A stretch of DNA of 29,025 bases from a virus (lineage: Duplodnaviria; Caudoviricetes). Of this stretch, positions 15,899 to 26,250 are shown in pieces. The DNA is taken from positions 1 to 29,025 of the IMG/VR virus record IMGVR_UViG_3300037501_000260, one strand, 5' to 3'. A model generated the notes under the pieces. That model was not told the DNA's origin, searched no databases, and saw only the letters and a program-made list of their open reading frames with translations. A program made the position numbers and the translations under genes. How positions within the stretch are numbered: position 1 is the first letter of the stretch; each line of letters starts with the position of its first letter.

Positions 15899-18800
15899 AG
15901 CCGATAAATCTACAACAGGGCATAAATCCTGTTTTTGATCCTCGCGCAAACCACGCGTTTGTCGGCGACGGGATGCTCGATGCGCCATTTGTTCTCAACC
16001 GCGCGTCGGCACAAAGCGGCGGGCTGTTGCCGTTGTATCGCAAGCAGTTATCTGCGTCGGATGATGAGATACGCTTTGTAGACGACAGCGGAAGAGTCGT
16101 TGAAGTCAAAAAGTCTTATGAGATCGATTTATCAAGAATAGTATACCTCGATGATGGTACGTATGCTGATAATTACCACACCAAACTTGCAAACGGATTA
16201 TTGTTCGCCTATGGCGGATATACTGAAGCTGGTGGTTATCTATGGGTGAGTGATGACGACGGGCTCACATGGTCGCTTGAATATCACGGCGGAGCATTCT
16301 CAATCGGTATACAAGGCATAGTGTATAATAGCGCAACCGCAAAATGGTACATGCTCACGTCGTCAACATCATATTATTACCAGAGCAGTAACGGATCGTC
16401 ATGGTCGCTTGCCGCCGCGTCTTTCCCGAGCGGGTATGATCCGGTATCAACAGAATATACGAGCGCATATATTCTCGTAACGAACATAGGATTATCCAAT
16501 AAGATTTTCCGATCTGCAGACGGCGTTACATACACCGAGTACACTATGCCTGATACTGCGCAATGGGCAAAAATAATCGTGATCGATAATGATCGTGTCA
16601 TAATAACTGCGCACAACGCGGATTTTTTCGCGTATTCTGATGACAGCGGCGCAACTTTTTCCAAAGTCGATTTGTTGTCAACAGATTATTGGCAGGATGG
16701 CGTTGTGATCGGCGCGAGCCAAGAATACGTTTATATTTTTTCGTCGGAAAAAGTATCCAAAATAAAATTATCAGACATGTCGATAACGGAGCATACGCTT
16801 AACAGGCAGATCACGCAGACGACTTTTGACAATAGAAGTTGCTATCGTGTTGTTGCAGGCGATATTCCAGATGGAAGCGATGTCAACGTAATGGTCGCGA
16901 CAAAACGGGACGGAGTATACTATTCGCTTGACGGCGTGAATTGGAATGTCGTACAAGGGTTGAATTTCAGCGCATTCGACTGCGTCTCTGTGTCATATAG
17001 CAACGGATATTATTTTTTGCTTGATCGTATTTATCGGTCTGGCGATGGCGTATATGGCGGCGTTTGCTTTCTCAACACAAAAAGCCAAGTGTATGCCGAT
17101 AACGTAGCAATAGGAAATTCATTTTCGCGGATAGGATTATCCAATTTCTGCGGTACACAGTACTCCGATGTGTTGTTTTATGACGGCGTGATGTATGGTT
17201 GCAAAATCGCAAACAACAGCATAGTAATTGATATTATCGACAAAGATAATCTTGAATACATTTCTCAATACGCGTCTTACTCGATCAACAGCGGGCGCGA
17301 CGTGCAGTTTGTCCGTATGTCGGACGGTGTCGATGTGTGGTACAAGTCCGGAGGCGCAATCTATATGATCGTTGACGGCACGATATACGGCAGCATCGCG
17401 GAAGATTTTGATGTTTGTTATGAGATACCAGAGATAGCGGGTAAATATCTTTTCGGGAAACTTAAAATTTCCAATGCAGATGGCAACGAAATCGCAAAGT
17501 ACGCGACATACTCAATCGGCAACCCGCCGACGCTTGTCGCGTCAAAGGATGGATGGTTCTATCCGTATTTCGATGACACAAAAACACCGAAACTTGGATT
17601 TGTCGGCGTTGAAAAATCTGGTTCCAATTATATTTTTGTTCATTATTCCGTTTTACCCGGTGGAAGTTTGTATCTCGAGTTTTCTGCCGGCAGCGGAGTG
17701 TCGCAAAAAAAAAGCATTAACGGAATGTACGCCGAATACGAAGGTTACCAGAAATACTCGACCATTTATCCGTATTTATCGGACACATCGAAGAGCGGAA
17801 CAGGCGCTGATGGTGTAAATTTACTTGGATATTTTTCCATCATTGATTATCTACAGATATCGCTTGGAGAGCATCTGTATCTTCGAGCGACGTATAATCG
17901 CGCGTTAAAAAACTGCGACGGCTTATCCGTGTCTTTTGGAAACCGCTATATCGGCCGCCAGTTTGATATAGCAAATGTCGATTTTTCGTACCGGCCGCAG
18001 CTATTTGAGATTGATACTTATAAGCCGCGTATAGTATATCGCCAATCAGACGGCACGTTAGCATATGCCATTTTTGATCTCGTTGATGATTGCGATGTGC
18101 AAATAACAAAAATATCGCGCAACAAATATCTTGCGAACACGATTGATGTGTATGCGTTGATTGACACTGACGCGCAAATTGTATATCCGATTGGCATGGA
18201 TTACAACGGTGCGGTTGAATACACGGCAAGCGGCGGCGAGCACGTGAAAATCGTAAATGATTATTACGAGACGGAATACAATACGGAAACCGGAATTGTC
18301 CCGCAAGCGGATGACAATGTTGAAGATATTGTAGATCAAAAATTATATTATTCGACGGCGACAAAAAACTATTATGTTTTCAATGGGCAACAAATAGAAA
18401 GCAACAAGTTCAACAGCGAGGCGTATCTTGATGACCACTCGCTTGTACCGATACCGCTGTATGCGTTGCTGCAAAATGGATATTGCTATCTTGACGGCGA
18501 GATATATCCGCTCGATAGTTTGCGCCCGCTCAACATATCTTTCACGATGCAGATCACGAACAAGAAATACGAACAGGCGTATTTTTTCTATTTGTTCGGC
18601 AACGATTACATGTTTGATGGGTCATTGATATATTTGCTTGACAAGATCAACAGCGATGCGCAAATTGTTTGCCGCGCGGATGGTTTGGTATTTTTGACGT
18701 TCACGCAGGCGATGGCGATATTTTTTTCGTATTCGGATAGTTCATTGTATATTTTTGACGGCGGGCGTGCGTTGACAAAATTTTTGCAAATGGATAGAAT

Positions 18801-19377
18801 TTTCCCTCCGAGCAGCGATAGTATTATCGGAGATTTTTGCGCTAAAGAAAATTCCATTTTGCTGTCGAAGGGCGGTAACGCGGCGATTATACACGACAAT
18901 AAAATATCATGGCTGCCGTCTCATGATATATTATACGCGAGCGATAATGGAATTTATTATAATGCGTCCGGCGGCGGTGTATACCAATTGGCATACCATA
19001 ATTATGATGACGATTTCGCTGCAATCCAATTGTCTTGGCAATCGGCGTTTTTCAAAAATCCGGCGCAAGTATTAAGCGTCAAAGAAGTGCAATTGTATAT
19101 CAAAGACAACGTAGGCGACGCGGAAGGTACGATAACGGTAAAATACTACGCATTCACCGAGGGCGATACGCTATCGGAGGACGAAAAAGAATATGCTATC
19201 GTTGCATCTGATTGGGATGACGGCGGTTATCTTTCGTTGCGGTACTATCCGCGATATAACGCGGTGTATGGATTTTCTGTCGGCATCGAAACGGATATGG
19301 ATATATTAATACTTGACGTATCCGTATCTGTTAGTAGTATATCACAGACAGTCATTGCAGGGAGCAGGACAAGATGA
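15895..19377 (+). CDS. Tail nozzle/hub-like protein with Asp-box beta-propeller
   Basis: 1160 aa, position after adaptor, five Asp-box repeats, LSWQSAFF-type C-terminal beta domain. Confidence 0.65.
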   Translation: MKPINLQQGINPVFDPRANHAFVGDGMLDAPFVLNRASAQSGGLLPLYRKQLSASDDEIRFVDDSGRVVEVKKSYEIDLSRIVYLDDGTYADNYHTKLANGLLFAYGGYTEAGGYLWVSDDDGLTWSLEYHGGAFSIGIQGIVYNSATAKWYMLTSSTSYYYQSSNGSSWSLAAASFPSGYDPVSTEYTSAYILVTNIGLSNKIFRSADGVTYTEYTMPDTAQWAKIIVIDNDRVIITAHNADFFAYSDDSGATFSKVDLLSTDYWQDGVVIGASQEYVYIFSSEKVSKIKLSDMSITEHTLNRQITQTTFDNRSCYRVVAGDIPDGSDVNVMVATKRDGVYYSLDGVNWNVVQGLNFSAFDCVSVSYSNGYYFLLDRIYRSGDGVYGGVCFLNTKSQVYADNVAIGNSFSRIGLSNFCGTQYSDVLFYDGVMYGCKIANNSIVIDIIDKDNLEYISQYASYSINSGRDVQFVRMSDGVDVWYKSGGAIYMIVDGTIYGSIAEDFDVCYEIPEIAGKYLFGKLKISNADGNEIAKYATYSIGNPPTLVASKDGWFYPYFDDTKTPKLGFVGVEKSGSNYIFVHYSVLPGGSLYLEFSAGSGVSQKKSINGMYAEYEGYQKYSTIYPYLSDTSKSGTGADGVNLLGYFSIIDYLQISLGEHLYLRATYNRALKNCDGLSVSFGNRYIGRQFDIANVDFSYRPQLFEIDTYKPRIVYRQSDGTLAYAIFDLVDDCDVQITKISRNKYLANTIDVYALIDTDAQIVYPIGMDYNGAVEYTASGGEHVKIVNDYYETEYNTETGIVPQADDNVEDIVDQKLYYSTATKNYYVFNGQQIESNKFNSEAYLDDHSLVPIPLYALLQNGYCYLDGEIYPLDSLRPLNISFTMQITNKKYEQAYFFYLFGNDYMFDGSLIYLLDKINSDAQIVCRADGLVFLTFTQAMAIFFSYSDSSLYIFDGGRALTKFLQMDRIFPPSSDSIIGDFCAKENSILLSKGGNAAIIHDNKISWLPSHDILYASDNGIYYNASGGGVYQLAYHNYDDDFAAIQLSWQSAFFKNPAQVLSVKEVQLYIKDNVGDAEGTITVKYYAFTEGDTLSEDEKEYAIVASDWDDGGYLSLRYYPRYNAVYGFSVGIETDMDILILDVSVSVSSISQTVIAGSRTR

Positions 19378-20213
19378 GTGATTATAGCAAGGCACAAGAG
19401 CAATTGACGACGGAGCAATCGCGGCAACAAAAAGTTGAGGAAGAGCAGCAGCGCCTGATGACACAGCGTGCTGCGGAAGAGCAGGCGCAGCGTGAGCAAG
19501 CCGCGAAAACAGCCGCGGCGATGGAGCAGCAAGCCGCGGCGTTTGACCCGCAAACATACGCGCGGATGGTCGGACAACAGGCGGCGCAGCAACAGGCGGC
19601 GGCGGCGCGTGGAGCTGGCGCATCGGCGGGCAAAGCTGCGCGTCTTGGTAACGTCGGGATCGGGCAAGCGTATACGAGTGCATACGGTCAAGGGCAAGCG
19701 CAGAAACAAGCGATGACGGAGAGCGCGTTCGGCGCGCGTAGCGGGCTCGCAGGACAAGCGCAAAGCGGCGCGATGGGATATGGCGGACTCGCGGCAGACA
19801 GAGCGCGCACAGCTGCGGGGATGGCAACGCAACAATCAGAGATCGAGAAACAAAAAGCCGACTGGTGGAAACCGATTGTTGAGACGACGGGAGAGGTCGC
19901 AAAAACAACCGGCGCGATCGTGTCCGATATACGAGCAAAAGAGGGGATACGTAGCGCGCCCGACTTATCGGAGACGCTCGATAAGATACGAGCGCTTGAG
20001 TACAAGTATCTCCCCGGACACGGCAGCAGTGGGAAACATATCGGCGTTGCGGCACAAGAACTGGAAAAGACACCGCTCGCTGGTGCGGTCGTCGAAGATG
20101 GTGGAATAAAAAAAATCGATACCGAAAAATTGGAAGTTGCTAATACAGCATTGATAAAACAGCTATACGACAAGATCAAAAACATTGAGGAGAAAATGGA
20201 TGCCGGCAAATGA
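19374..20213 (+). CDS. Gln/Ala-rich virion (pilot/ejection-like) protein with C-terminal peptidase S74 chaperone domain
   Basis: SDIRAKEGI, YKY, IGVAAQELE, terminal coiled coil. Confidence 0.75.
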   Translation: MSDYSKAQEQLTTEQSRQQKVEEEQQRLMTQRAAEEQAQREQAAKTAAAMEQQAAAFDPQTYARMVGQQAAQQQAAAARGAGASAGKAARLGNVGIGQAYTSAYGQGQAQKQAMTESAFGARSGLAGQAQSGAMGYGGLAADRARTAAGMATQQSEIEKQKADWWKPIVETTGEVAKTTGAIVSDIRAKEGIRSAPDLSETLDKIRALEYKYLPGHGSSGKHIGVAAQELEKTPLAGAVVEDGGIKKIDTEKLEVANTALIKQLYDKIKNIEEKMDAGK

Positions 20214-20970
20214 ATCGTACGTTGATATAGCGAACAGGTTGCTGATTAACCCGCCGCCGAAGATACCGACGGCATCGGAAGCGATGAGCACTGCCGCGCT
20301 TGGTGCGCAGTTGTATGGCGAGCCGCCATCAATGATGACTGATATACGGACGTTGCCTGCCGGAGTTATCACTCCGGAGGGCAAGCTCGATACTACGGGC
20401 AGCGATCCGTATAAGGGGGGGCAAGTAACTGCGCGAACCCAAGCACCGCAAGATGTTGCGCAGACTGGAGGTTTCCTGCCGCGGGAAGTCAAGCAACCCG
20501 CGCCCGAGACAGTGCCGCCGCAACAAATACCAGTACCGCAACTGCAACCAACGGCGGAAAAAGAAATTGTAAAAGAGGCGGCAAAAAAAACCGAAGAGAA
20601 AAAAGAAGAGAAAAAAGAAGCAAAAGACGCGACAAAACCCGAAGAAAAACCCGAAGAAAAACCGCTTGATCTCCAATGGCTCGAGGCACTACTCTATGGG
20701 CTATCAGATATATCAAAAACAGCGGTCGGTAAAGAGGGAAGGGCTATCGAGGGATTTTTGGATCGGGTTGCGCGCGAACGGCAACAGCAAAAAGAATTTG
20801 AGGCGCGGATGAAAGAGATTATGCAACAAAAAGCGGCGCGGCTTGAAGAAATGGAAGCTGGTACGAAAGGGCAAGAAAGATTAACACGGCTTGCTGCTGA
20901 ACTCGCGCAGAAAAAAGTGCCGCAGTCAAGCAGCGGGTGGGCGGCAAGAGCTTTTGAGATGGGGAGATAA
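20200..20970 (+). CDS. Putative internal virion/ejection protein
   Basis: GAGGAG SD; Pro/Glu/Lys-rich with coiled coil; position. Confidence 0.55.
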   Translation: MPANESYVDIANRLLINPPPKIPTASEAMSTAALGAQLYGEPPSMMTDIRTLPAGVITPEGKLDTTGSDPYKGGQVTARTQAPQDVAQTGGFLPREVKQPAPETVPPQQIPVPQLQPTAEKEIVKEAAKKTEEKKEEKKEAKDATKPEEKPEEKPLDLQWLEALLYGLSDISKTAVGKEGRAIEGFLDRVARERQQQKEFEARMKEIMQQKAARLEEMEAGTKGQERLTRLAAELAQKKVPQSSSGWAARAFEMGR

Positions 20971-20973
20971 TTG

Positions 20974-23115
20974 ATGCCGTACCCGGAGTACTCACCACAA
21001 GTTATCGACGAGGCGTTCCGGCATGTTGCTGGGGATGTCCCGCGGGAAAAAGACATAGCCGGTGCGCTCAAAGTCGGCAGCGTCGCGGCGCTTAATGAAT
21101 TGCTTTTCGGCTTGCCGGAACTCGCGTGGAAAAAAATGGCAAAACCTTCTGATACCGAGTCTTGGGAAAAACTAAAAAGCGAACACAAACTCGCTGGGAT
21201 GATCGGCGGAGGCCTTGGCCTTGGAACGAGTATGCTCATCCCCGGAGGTGCGGCGAGACTTGCCGCGCGTGGTGCAGGGCTTGCGGCTCGTGCGGCGCGT
21301 CCGGTTGCATCATACTTCCGCCTCGGCGAAAAAGCAGCGGAGGCGGTAGGCAAAGCTGCGATACCGGCATCGATACGACCGCTTGCGGCGGCGGGCGCGA
21401 AAGGCGCGACAGAGGCGCTCACGTTTGCCGCGCCGAGGATCGCCGGTGAGATGGCGCTCGGAGATGGCGACACTGATACCGCGATCACCGAGGCGCTCTT
21501 GTCCGCTGCTGTCGGCGGCGGCATCGGAGCAGCCGGTAGTATCCTCGGCAAGGCATTGCCAAAGATGACTGAGCTTGAGACACTCAAGGATATAGGATTT
21601 TCCAAAGGCGCGGCGCTCAAGGCAGCGAAAGAGGGGATGGACATAGGAGAGACGGCGCGGCTTGCGAAACAATGGATAGCCGATAGAGGCGGGTCGTTCC
21701 GCGATCCGGCGAAGCGCGCGCAGTTCCTCGATGAGATCAAAACAAAAGCATCGGATAAGTACATCGTTATCGATGAAGCGACAAAGGGCGCGAAACTGCC
21801 TGGGTCAAAAAAACCGAAGACGATGGCGGAAGAGATCAAAAAAACGCTCGTGCCGGAAGAAGCGAAAAAGTTTACAAAGAATTTTTCGAGCGAGCAAAAA
21901 AAAGATATTGATGATTTTTTTGCGCGCGTTGCAAAAGATGCGCCGAAAGTAGAAAATCAATGGGTGTTCCTCGGAAAACAACTGAACAAAAAAATAGCAG
22001 AATTCCCGCCGTATGGAAAGGGAACTGATCGCGAGCTGAGAAAGTATTATCTCGATGTGGAAAAACACGTTGAAGATCAGATTGCAAAGATCGTAAACCA
22101 AAAAGCGGCGAGCACCGGCAAGGATATATACAAGAGCGCGCAAAAAGAATGGGCTATGTATCGGCAGCTTGAAAAAGTAGCGCGGCAACAATGGGGAGGC
22201 ACTCTATCGGAGCTTTTCGGCGGCGGCAGCGACACGGCGATCAAGCTCTTGGCTATGCAGCAAGCGGCGCCGGTAGGTATTAGTGTCGCGGCGGGTGGCG
22301 GCGAGGCGCTACAGCAGCTCAAGGAGGGCGATATTGCATCAGCGGCAGGATCGCTTGCGCGCGGGCTCGGCGGATACGTAGCGGGGCGCGCTGCACATAG
22401 GGCGATACCATCGCTCACGGCTGCGCTTGAGCGCATCGGCGAGCGCCACGGAGCAAAAATTGAGCCAGCGCTTGAGCGCGCAGCGGGCGCGATTATACCA
22501 GCCGCAGTACCGGAAAAAGAAACCGCAGAAAAAACTGAAGAACAAAAAAAAGTTGAAGCGATGATGCCGGAAGCAGGTCGCCCGTGGTACGAAACAGAGA
22601 AGGGAAACGCTATCCTTACGCAAACGCTACAAGAAAAATATGAAAATGGTATCGCGAGCGGGATCATACCGGAAGATGTAAGTTTTGAACAGTTCGCCGA
22701 TGCGATGGCTGAAAAGTCTCGCGGGTTTGATCCGCTTGCGATCTCACACTGGTTTTTTGATAAAGAGGAAATAAAGGATTTCCGAAAACAGTACTCACAG
22801 TATCAAGCGCAGCAACGTGCAATAAGTGAAATCGAAAAACTACGACCGGCGCTTGAGAAATTCGGATTTTTATCGACGATGACACTTACAGGCGGAAAAG
22901 AAAAAGTTGCGGCAGATAGGATTGCTGATATACTGCAAGAATTCGAAATTGAAACCGGAAAATATAAATCGCCGCGCCCCAAAAAAGTGATTGGAAAAGA
23001 GATATACGACTTACTGAAAAACAGATCGCTTACACCGGATGAAAAAATGGAAGATCTTAAGAACAAGTTTTATTTTGGCGACACTACTTTGTTGCAACAG
23101 ATGGGGCTTGTGTGA
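20974..23115 (+). CDS. Putative large internal virion/ejection protein
   Basis: 713 aa, Ala/Gly-rich amphipathic helices alternating with charged segments. Confidence 0.6.
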   Translation: MPYPEYSPQVIDEAFRHVAGDVPREKDIAGALKVGSVAALNELLFGLPELAWKKMAKPSDTESWEKLKSEHKLAGMIGGGLGLGTSMLIPGGAARLAARGAGLAARAARPVASYFRLGEKAAEAVGKAAIPASIRPLAAAGAKGATEALTFAAPRIAGEMALGDGDTDTAITEALLSAAVGGGIGAAGSILGKALPKMTELETLKDIGFSKGAALKAAKEGMDIGETARLAKQWIADRGGSFRDPAKRAQFLDEIKTKASDKYIVIDEATKGAKLPGSKKPKTMAEEIKKTLVPEEAKKFTKNFSSEQKKDIDDFFARVAKDAPKVENQWVFLGKQLNKKIAEFPPYGKGTDRELRKYYLDVEKHVEDQIAKIVNQKAASTGKDIYKSAQKEWAMYRQLEKVARQQWGGTLSELFGGGSDTAIKLLAMQQAAPVGISVAAGGGEALQQLKEGDIASAAGSLARGLGGYVAGRAAHRAIPSLTAALERIGERHGAKIEPALERAAGAIIPAAVPEKETAEKTEEQKKVEAMMPEAGRPWYETEKGNAILTQTLQEKYENGIASGIIPEDVSFEQFADAMAEKSRGFDPLAISHWFFDKEEIKDFRKQYSQYQAQQRAISEIEKLRPALEKFGFLSTMTLTGGKEKVAADRIADILQEFEIETGKYKSPRPKKVIGKEIYDLLKNRSLTPDEKMEDLKNKFYFGDTTLLQQMGLV

Positions 23116-23312
23116 AAGACTATACGCTGAAATCGATGCTCGGGCTTATCGGGCAACAAAAACAGCAAAATACGATCATAAAGGCGTATACGCCGCCGGA
23201 ACTCACGCCGATGGAGGTTGCGGAAGCACAAGCGATATATCAGCGGCCGCAAAAATCGCCGGACACGCCGCCGCCGATGCCGCCGAAAAAGAAAGGATGG
23301 GGCGCGGCATGA
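23112..23312 (+). CDS. Small Pro-rich hypothetical protein
   Basis: GTGA and ATGA overlaps at both ends. Confidence 0.55.
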   Translation: MKDYTLKSMLGLIGQQKQQNTIIKAYTPPELTPMEVAEAQAIYQRPQKSPDTPPPMPPKKKGWGAA

Positions 23313-23866
23313 ATTTGTTACTTACAGGCGACGAAAAAATGGATAAAGCTATAATCAATCTGTACAATCAGATGATTGATATATCGCTACCTGCAGGTAT
23401 TGTATCGGCATACACAGGGGACGAAGCCCCGGATGGGTGGCTTATGTGCGATGGCAAATCGTATCGCAAGACAGAGTACCCTGCGCTCTATGCAGTCATA
23501 AGAGATACATACGGCGCGACAGCAGATACCTTTTTTGTCCCGGACTATCGCGGGCATTTTTTGCGCGGAAGCGGCGCGCATGGAACTGCGGCGAAAGCGG
23601 CGGGCGGAAACTTTGCGGGGCCGGCGGTAGGGTCGCGCGAAGATGACGCAATGCAAGGGCATTATCATGGGGATGTCGTCGGAGATACCACAGGGACTGC
23701 CACTGGTGGCAACAACTGGACACAGGGCCCAACGTCGATTAACCCGCAAACGATAAACGGCTCGTATGTGAGTTCACCGATTACTGATGGGACGAACGGC
23801 GAACCGCGAACCGGGGATGAAACGAAGCCCGCGTCTTATGGCGTCAATTATATCATAAAAACATGA
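23309..23866 (+). CDS. Phage tail collar domain protein
   Basis: PAGIVSAY.G.EAPDGWLMCDG...YPALYAVI...F.VPDYRGHFLRG, QGHYH, ETKP...VNYIIKT. Confidence 0.9.
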   Translation: MNLLLTGDEKMDKAIINLYNQMIDISLPAGIVSAYTGDEAPDGWLMCDGKSYRKTEYPALYAVIRDTYGATADTFFVPDYRGHFLRGSGAHGTAAKAAGGNFAGPAVGSREDDAMQGHYHGDVVGDTTGTATGGNNWTQGPTSINPQTINGSYVSSPITDGTNGEPRTGDETKPASYGVNYIIKT

Positions 23867-23878
23867 GAAGGCATAAAA

Positions 23879-24223
23879 ATGGATATTGTTATCTCGGGTA
23901 TTATCGCTGTAGCGGTCAATGCAACGATCACAGCCGTCATCGCTGGGATTGTCAACCGCTGGCTCAAAAAACGCGATGAAGAGGCGAAGGAGATCATCGA
24001 TGCGATCAAGAGCGTGTCGGAAAAAGTAGACGCGCTGAAAAGTGAATTCGCTGTTTATCAGTTGACAGCACTGGAAAAATATGCATCAAAGGACGATCTT
24101 AACAATCAAAAAAATGAAAATACTACCGCGCATAAAGAATTTTGGGAGACACTAAATATCTTGAAAAACGACTTGACGGAGGTCAAAACTATGATTAACT
24201 TAACAAAGCGAGGTGCACTATGA
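23879..24223 (+). CDS. Membrane protein with one N-terminal TM and a coiled coil
   Basis: Hydrophobic aa 3-26 followed by heptad-rich sequence. Confidence 0.65.
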   Translation: MDIVISGIIAVAVNATITAVIAGIVNRWLKKRDEEAKEIIDAIKSVSEKVDALKSEFAVYQLTALEKYASKDDLNNQKNENTTAHKEFWETLNILKNDLTEVKTMINLTKRGAL

Positions 24224-24519
24224 GTTATATTTTTTACGACGACATCGAGGGTTACGAAGGGACGATCTCTGCTGGCGGTGATGAGACGATAACAGTTTCC
24301 AATTTCCCGGTTGCGTGCGGGATAGAGATCGTCAACGACGGCACAACCGACATCGAGTACGAGTACGATGGAAGGCCGTATACGGCAGGTACGGTCAAGG
24401 CAGGCGAAAGCCATTTCGAACCGATGGTATTTAAATTTGTTAAGCTTACGAACACGAGCGGATCGGTTGCTGCGTCGTATCGGGTGCGTATCGGTACGCA
24501 GACAATCGCGAGGCGGTGA
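24220..24519 (+). CDS. Small beta-rich putative virion protein
   Basis: GAGGTG SD, ATGA overlap. Confidence 0.6.
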   Translation: MSYIFYDDIEGYEGTISAGGDETITVSNFPVACGIEIVNDGTTDIEYEYDGRPYTAGTVKAGESHFEPMVFKFVKLTNTSGSVAASYRVRIGTQTIARR

Positions 24520-24522
24520 TGT

Positions 24523-26067
24523 ATGTACGGGCTTATGCAGACAACGCCGGTAAGCGCAAATCACTACAAGGGTTGGTATGCAACGGAGGCGGCGCTCAAC
24601 GCAGCTTGGCCGACTGCTAACGACGGCGATTGGGCGATAGTCGGCGATACCGATACCGTATGGGTATGGGATGGCGATACGAGCGCGTGGAAAGATAGCG
24701 GTCTCGGATCACTTGTGACGTCGGTTTTTGGGCGCACCGGTGCTGTTGTCGCGCAAGCAGGCGATTACACCGCTGCGCAGGTTGGTGCACTCGAAGCGGC
24801 TTCCAATCTCAACGATGTTGCGAGTAAGCCGGCATCGCGCAACAACCTCGGCGTGCCGCAGATACACACGTCTACGTCTGATCCGACGGTTGACAACGAC
24901 GGCGTAGACACGGCAGGGCTCGGCAAGACGTTCGCAAAAGGCGATTTGTGGCTTAACACGTCAACAGGCATATTATATCGATGCATCGATAACGCTACCG
25001 GCGCGGCGCTATGGTGTGATCTGGATAGTGCTACCTGCGAGACGCTGTACGGTAACGGAGAGGATGGCGATGTTACGATCAGCGGCAGTGTAACACTAAC
25101 AGCTAATGCGAACTATCGCAGTCTTACGCTTGCGGCTGGCGCATCGCTCAACGGCGCTGGATACTTTGTCCGCGTGCGCGACTTGCTTGATCTTTCCGCG
25201 GCACAGGCTGGGGCGATCAATCACAACGGCAACTCCGGCGGCAATGGCGGCGCTACCGGCACAGCGGGGGCGCAACCTGGAGCGCAAGGCGCAAACGAAA
25301 TCCCCGGCGGAGTCACCCGCGGGCTTGCCGGCGGTGCTGGCGGGCAGTCGACCAACGCTTGGACTGGGCAGCAGGCAACGCAGAACGGCACACAGACAAT
25401 CGCTACGTCGTCGTCTACGCCAGGCAGCGGGATGACAAGCGGAGCAGGCGGCGCAGGCGCAAGCGGCGCAGGCGGCGCTGCGCAAGTACCTGGGACTGTT
25501 AACACGACCGTATACAAGCGCCCTATAATGTACACATTTCTGCGTGGAGCTACTGCGGTCGTCGGTGGGGTCGGCGGCGATGGCGGCGGCGGTGGCGGCG
25601 GCGATAGCGTAACGCCTGCTAATGGCGGCGGTGGAGGGGCAGGTGGTAACTCTGGGCGTCCAGTAGTTATATTCGCGCGCATAATCAACCGCGGCGGCAA
25701 CACCAACACGGGGATCATAACGGCGAAAGGCGGTAACGGAGGCAACGGCGGTACGCCCACTACAGGCAATGCAGGCGGTGGAGGCGGCGGCTCTGGCGGA
25801 GGCGGCGGATGGGTGTATATATGTTATCAGGAGATACGCGGCTCGACGATAACCGGCGCGATTGATGTAACCGGCGGCAACGGAGGCAACGGCGGCAGCG
25901 GCAGCGGTACTGGCAGCAGCGGCGGCGGTGGATCGTCTGGACACAGCGGTACGGTGATGCTGATCAACGTGCGTGCGCGCACAAGCACAGTATCGACAAT
26001 CGCCGCGGCTGTCGCGGCGAGCGGGCAGACAGGCGGCGCAGCGACGACAAAACAAATCGATTTATGA
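24523..26067 (+). CDS. Glycine-rich tail fibre/adhesin
   Basis: VTSVFGRTGAV, SNLNDVAS..ASRNNLGV, GDLWLNT motifs and polyglycine C-terminal domain. Confidence 0.75.
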   Translation: MYGLMQTTPVSANHYKGWYATEAALNAAWPTANDGDWAIVGDTDTVWVWDGDTSAWKDSGLGSLVTSVFGRTGAVVAQAGDYTAAQVGALEAASNLNDVASKPASRNNLGVPQIHTSTSDPTVDNDGVDTAGLGKTFAKGDLWLNTSTGILYRCIDNATGAALWCDLDSATCETLYGNGEDGDVTISGSVTLTANANYRSLTLAAGASLNGAGYFVRVRDLLDLSAAQAGAINHNGNSGGNGGATGTAGAQPGAQGANEIPGGVTRGLAGGAGGQSTNAWTGQQATQNGTQTIATSSSTPGSGMTSGAGGAGASGAGGAAQVPGTVNTTVYKRPIMYTFLRGATAVVGGVGGDGGGGGGGDSVTPANGGGGGAGGNSGRPVVIFARIINRGGNTNTGIITAKGGNGGNGGTPTTGNAGGGGGGSGGGGGWVYICYQEIRGSTITGAIDVTGGNGGNGGSGSGTGSSGGGGSSGHSGTVMLINVRARTSTVSTIAAAVAASGQTGGAATTKQIDL

Positions 26068-26076
26068 GGTTAAAAG

Positions 26077-26250
26077 ATGGCAAAAAAAATTGAAACAAAA
26101 AAAGAGCAAAAAAGAATTTGCTATGTCGTCAAAGACAAAAAAACAGGCGCAGATTTGATGCGCGTTGAAAACGATAATGAACAGAAATGTTTGTCGTCGA
26201 TACAATCAATGGAATTTCCAGTAGAAGTTGTGATCGAAAAATTGCAATGA
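26077..26250 (+). CDS. Small hypothetical protein (57 aa), not in the ORF track
   Basis: GAGGT SD; MAKKIETKKEQKRICYVV...EKLQ; ATGA overlap with the next gene. Confidence 0.65.
   Translation: MAKKIETKKEQKRICYVVKDKKTGADLMRVENDNEQKCLSSIQSMEFPVEVVIEKLQ

Noticed and set aside
20694-21839. 381-aa minus-strand ORF
   Set aside because: Shadow of Ala/Gly-rich ejection genes; low-complexity Ser/Ala/Pro product
23039-23308. N-terminal extension of the collar protein given in the track
   Set aside because: Overlaps two other genes; ATG23309 with ATGA coupling is the better start
25096-26055. 319-aa and 182-aa minus-strand ORFs
   Set aside because: Mirror of GGC-rich glycine codons
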